Shown here one piece after another: positions 43,001-45,298 of a stretch of DNA of 45,298 bases (the first letter of the stretch is position 1; each line of letters begins with the position of its first letter). A program made the position numbers and the translations under genes. Source of the DNA: Vicinamibacteria bacterium (GTDB lineage Bacteria > Acidobacteriota > Vicinamibacteria > Fen-336 > JAGNNV01). The stretch covers positions 1 through 45,298 of the forward strand of contig JAENWE010000055.1 of NCBI GenBank assembly GCA_016650185.1, given 5' to 3'. Under the pieces are notes generated by a model, which worked only from the letters and a program-made list of their open reading frames with translations, had not been told where the DNA came from and did not search any database.

Positions 43001-43110
43001 GAAATATCCCGCAGCGTTCCTTCGATGGAACTCGAAGTTGCCTGAGCGGAAGCGCCTGCCGGGGACATCAGAAGAAGACCGAGGACGAGAACTGTTGCTG
43101 TCCTATTCAT
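40015..43110 (-). CDS. TonB-dependent receptor with N-terminal carboxypeptidase-regulatory-like domain
   Basis: 1031 aa. Signal peptide, IEGTLRDISGAALPGVAVVARHMETGLIREVVSGSNGRFVMPVLPLGRFEVRA (CarboxypepD_reg), a plug region (DLPLNGRNYTDL), a long beta-barrel, and a C-terminal aromatic residue (…GLRATF). Confidence 0.88.
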   Translation of the reverse strand: MNRTATVLVLGLLLMSPAGASAQATSSSIEGTLRDISGAALPGVAVVARHMETGLIREVVSGSNGRFVMPVLPLGRFEVRATLDGFKPAVRPDVLVVLGVPATVSLILEPGARTEEVTVVAEGSKVQTGTGELSFLVGEQEIKDLPLNGRNYTDLAFLQPGVVAFSHRDGGSVVAHGVGASINGLDPRSNVYMLDGTPLNDFTNGPAGSAAGTTLGTETVREFRVETNSYSAEYGRNFGGQILVATKSGGNDWQGSLFEYHRNEALDSPNYFDQGVKPDFLRNQFGATLGGPIKEDKTFFFVGYEGLRENLGRNISTVVPDLAARNGLLPNPANPMQLIEVGVAPAVRPYLDVFPLPNGPSLGGGLAELRFPFDQTIRQNFLQARLDHNLSNSDQMFVRYTRDTADQYLPTDFPQFPRTFLSTNQFATAEFRHATSGTRLHTLRLSLSSTRIGQTVEANLSSPLPPFVEGRPLVGGIDIGGIPGRFGPQTSGDLIIKQRVLGAEYSFVQARGNHLIKGGALVERYKNDLLNPTFSLGIYAFGSLEGFLRNTPIRFIGLTPEASLERLWSFTLFGAYFQDEFRVSDRLSVHGGLRYEMTTLPKDALGRDSTLVSLEDLAPTVGAPYGSSPKLNVSPRVSFAWDARGDGKLALRGGYGLYYNVNNQQNLIVTITNPPASPRAVIANPTFPQPPFARGVANSIRPVQWDLDNPRAHVFNLNVQKELWSNTVLTVGYAGSRGSHLLRSGDVNVPTPELRADGTVFYSATAARPNTAFGVIEQKTSDGESWYNAGIFDLRHNTKSLRLQASYTLARTIDTTQASTFFSDATNGTTSAFPEPFGLDTNKGPADFNATHNLVLTGTWNFRDDWQLSMIGRYRSGNPLTVFIASNRSRSRWSPSLGPGLGVDRPSLAPGRTAQSAVLGNPAQWFDPAAFVLQEPGTFGDSGRGAFSGPDLRTVDLALVRFIPLHALSNRGRLEVRLEAFNILNRANFGSPALLAFTGAASTEAPLSTFGRIRSTVTSSRQIQIGLRATF

Positions 43111-43170
43111 TCGTTGCTTGTTCCCTGTCAGTTTCGTGCCGCGTGACGGCTTGGATCCGACCAGGCCTGG

Positions 43171-44481
43171 TCAACGGCGCTCGGCCTCGGCGGTTTTCGT
43201 CGAGCCGGACGCCTTGATGTCGTAGACCAGCAGACGATCCTGATCTCGAAGAAAGAGCTTCCCATCCGCGATGGCCGGATGGGGCCAGTTGAGCGGCGAC
43301 CCGTTGGGAATTTCGAACTGTCCCTTTTCCTTGTAGCCCGCAGGCGTCGCCTCAATGAGCATTACGAGACCGTTCTCGTAACGGAAGATCAAATGAGAAT
43401 CCGCATAGGCGACCGCGGCCGAGCCCTTGCCCGCGTTCCTGATATCCCCGCCCCACACCTTGCGCCCGGTCGCAAGTTCGACACAGATGGGCAGCCCCAT
43501 GCGATGCCCCTGGCCGGCATAGACATGGCCGCCCACCAGCACCATGCCCCCGTGGTGGTTCTGGAAGGTCTTCCCGTCGAGGAAGTACTGTTCGGTGGCG
43601 AAGACACCGTCGCCCGCCCTCGCGAGCTTCACCAGGGCGCTGCCCTTCTGGTAGCCGGTGGCGGCGAACACATAATCACCCATGACCAATGGGCTGGAGA
43701 TGTTCGCGGTTTCGTTCGCCACCTTGTTGTACGTCCAGAGGAACTTGCCGTCGGCCGCTCGGACAGAGACCACACCGCGGCCCATCATCTGAACGTACTG
43801 CTTCACCCCGGCGCCGTTTGAAATGACGATGGAGGAGTATCCGGCGCCATCTCGGCCGGCCGGGCCCAGTGCTCCGGATTTGGTGCGCCAGACTTCCCTG
43901 CCCGTCGCCTTGTCGAGGCTGACCATCAGGGCGTTCGCCGCACCCGGCGTCACCACCAGGCGGTCACCATCAACCAGAGGCGACTCCGCCCACTTCCAAC
44001 TCGACATTACGTTCCCGCCGAAGTCGTCGGGCAGGCTCTTCTTCCACCGGACCTTGCCGGTGGCGGCTTCGAGCGCCATCAGATCGCCCTCCGTGCCGAT
44101 GGCATAGATCAACTCGCCATCCGCCGTGGGCGTCCCGCGAGGGCCGGCGTAACCATCCTCGGTCCAGGCTGGACCGATGCGCGTCTTCCACTCGATCCGC
44201 TTCTTATCGAGCGAAAGGCCGATCACAAACTGATCGGGGCCGATGTCTCCCATGGTGAAGACGCGACCATTCTGAACCGACACGCTGGAGTAGCCGCCTC
44301 CGATGCCGCTCACCTGAAAGGCCAGCTTCGGACCGCCTTGGGGCCACTGCTGGAGCAGCCCCGATTCGTGCGAGATCCCATCGCGATTGGGTCCGCGAAA
44401 CTGCGGCCAGTCAGCCTCCGCACTCGCGCCCTGCGCGGTCAGCACGATGAGGGTGAGGATTATTGGGGTAATACGCTTCAT
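43171..44481 (-). CDS. PQQ-like beta-propeller repeat protein (BamB/outer-membrane-protein-assembly-factor-like), secreted
   Basis: Start at ATG 44481 (MKRITPIILTLIVLTAQGASA). DWPQFRGPNRDG follows the signal, with repeated G.v.a.d..tGk..W blades. Confidence 0.82.
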   Translation of the reverse strand: MKRITPIILTLIVLTAQGASAEADWPQFRGPNRDGISHESGLLQQWPQGGPKLAFQVSGIGGGYSSVSVQNGRVFTMGDIGPDQFVIGLSLDKKRIEWKTRIGPAWTEDGYAGPRGTPTADGELIYAIGTEGDLMALEAATGKVRWKKSLPDDFGGNVMSSWKWAESPLVDGDRLVVTPGAANALMVSLDKATGREVWRTKSGALGPAGRDGAGYSSIVISNGAGVKQYVQMMGRGVVSVRAADGKFLWTYNKVANETANISSPLVMGDYVFAATGYQKGSALVKLARAGDGVFATEQYFLDGKTFQNHHGGMVLVGGHVYAGQGHRMGLPICVELATGRKVWGGDIRNAGKGSAAVAYADSHLIFRYENGLVMLIEATPAGYKEKGQFEIPNGSPLNWPHPAIADGKLFLRDQDRLLVYDIKASGSTKTAEAERR

Positions 44482-44520
44482 TTCGAGATCCTGGAGCCGT
44501 TCAAAAATATGACGCAACCG

Positions 44521-45298
44521 TCAGCCAAAACACAGAATACGTCCGTCGCTCGCCGCGACCAGAAGCCGGTTCTCCGCAATCGCCGGAGACGTGGATACGG
44601 GCACACCTGTCTCGTACGAGAAAACGCCCTTGCCTGTTCTGACGTCCACACCCCGGATTCGGCCGTCATGGGACCCAAAAAAAATCCGTGAGCCTTGAAG
44701 GGCGGGCGAGGAGTCGATCTTGCCTTGAGTTTCGAAGGTCCACGCGAGCGTTCCCGTCTTGACCTCGATCACATGAAGGGCCTTGTCGCGCGATCCGATG
44801 AAGGCCAAGCCGCTCGCGACGACCGCGGAAGAATAGAAAGGGAAGAGCTTTTTCGGCGTATACCGCCAGACCACCGCCTTTCGGTCGATGTCGATGGCGA
44901 CGACATCGTTGCTGAAAGTTCCAAAAACGGCCATTCCGTCGGCAATGGCTGGAGACGCGGCCGTGTACCCGCCGAAACGAGTTTCGCCTCTTACCCGCCC
45001 CGTGGCAAGATCGAGGCCCCGGAAATGACCGTCGCAACCGGCGACGTACGCCACACCGTCCACGATTCCACAGGTCGCGTGAATCTGGGCGTCGCTCTGA
45101 TACGCCCATCGGCGCGCGCCGTCGCTCACGTTCAATGCGTGGAGCGTTCCGTCGTAAGAACCCACAACCGCCACCCCCGAGGCGACCGCCACCGACGCCT
45201 TGATCTCCGCCTCTTGTTCGGTCTTGTGGAACCAGATCTCCTTGCCGTCCGCCAGGTCAAACGCATGGATGACGCCCCCGAGGTCGGCGATGAAGACC
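44521..45298 (-). CDS. second PQQ-like beta-propeller repeat protein, 5'-truncated by the window edge
   Basis: The frame stays open and propeller-like upstream of the track's GTG 45192 (…VFIADLGGVIHAFDLADGKEIWFHKTEQEAEIKASVAVASG…). The blades repeat (LHALNVSDGARRW, FRGLDLATGRV, VVAIDIDRKAVVW, LHVIEVKTGTLAW, IRGVDVRTGKG). Confidence 0.8.
   Translation of the reverse strand, partial: VFIADLGGVIHAFDLADGKEIWFHKTEQEAEIKASVAVASGVAVVGSYDGTLHALNVSDGARRWAYQSDAQIHATCGIVDGVAYVAGCDGHFRGLDLATGRVRGETRFGGYTAASPAIADGMAVFGTFSNDVVAIDIDRKAVVWRYTPKKLFPFYSSAVVASGLAFIGSRDKALHVIEVKTGTLAWTFETQGKIDSSPALQGSRIFFGSHDGRIRGVDVRTGKGVFSYETGVPVSTSPAIAENRLLVAASDGRILCFG

Noticed and set aside
1-45298. CRISPR arrays, IS transposases, integrases, prophage or toxin-antitoxin/defence genes
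   Set aside because: I saw no regularly spaced short repeats and no ORF with transposase, integrase, phage or known defence-system motifs. The only repeat structures are those reported (the 5493-5722 hairpin, the FSGNW-domain copies and the surE relic).

Overview
Visibly GC-rich bacterial chromosomal segment. The gene content (CarboxypepD_reg-type TonB-dependent receptor, PQQ beta-propellers, many GTG/TTG starts) suggests an Acidobacteriota-like organism, but that is inference only. I support about 38 protein-coding genes, 2 tRNAs (Arg-CCT, Pro-CGG), 1 decayed surE pseudogene fragment, 1 long inverted-repeat element and a few candidate regulatory motifs. No CRISPR array, transposase, integrase or prophage genes were seen. 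Housekeeping content: hisG-hisZ, class III FBPase, tkt-rpiB, sppA, apt, acyP, glgX, surE, and a NitT/TauT-type ABC importer. Most interesting: (1) at the left edge, a tight 4-gene cassette of hypothetical protein, PspA/IM30 (bacterial ESCRT-III homologue), membrane-anchored coiled-coil protein and a classic-clade tandem AAA ATPase with a deviant Walker A. This is a candidate ESCRT-III/Vps4-like membrane-remodelling module. (2) At 28.5-34.6 kb, a rhomboid protease lies divergent from a zinc-ribbon Hanks Ser/Thr kinase, whose extracytoplasmic C-terminal ~124-aa domain recurs twice in the convergent secreted DUF4344-like metallopeptidase. The domain is unrecognised and shows patches of nucleotide identity. 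Other observations: a 230-bp long imperfect hairpin (MITE-like or structured RNA), an AT-rich palindrome/direct-repeat motif shared by the promoter regions of an EAL/membrane-protein/GAF-HTH cluster, an SBP-OmpA fusion, a two-domain sulfatase with a dead N-terminal domain and an apparent frameshift, a 620-bp gene-free hairpin-rich stretch after tRNA-Pro, and glgX flanked by a surE gene and a surE relic. All calls come from reading the sequence and ORF translations; no database search was run.
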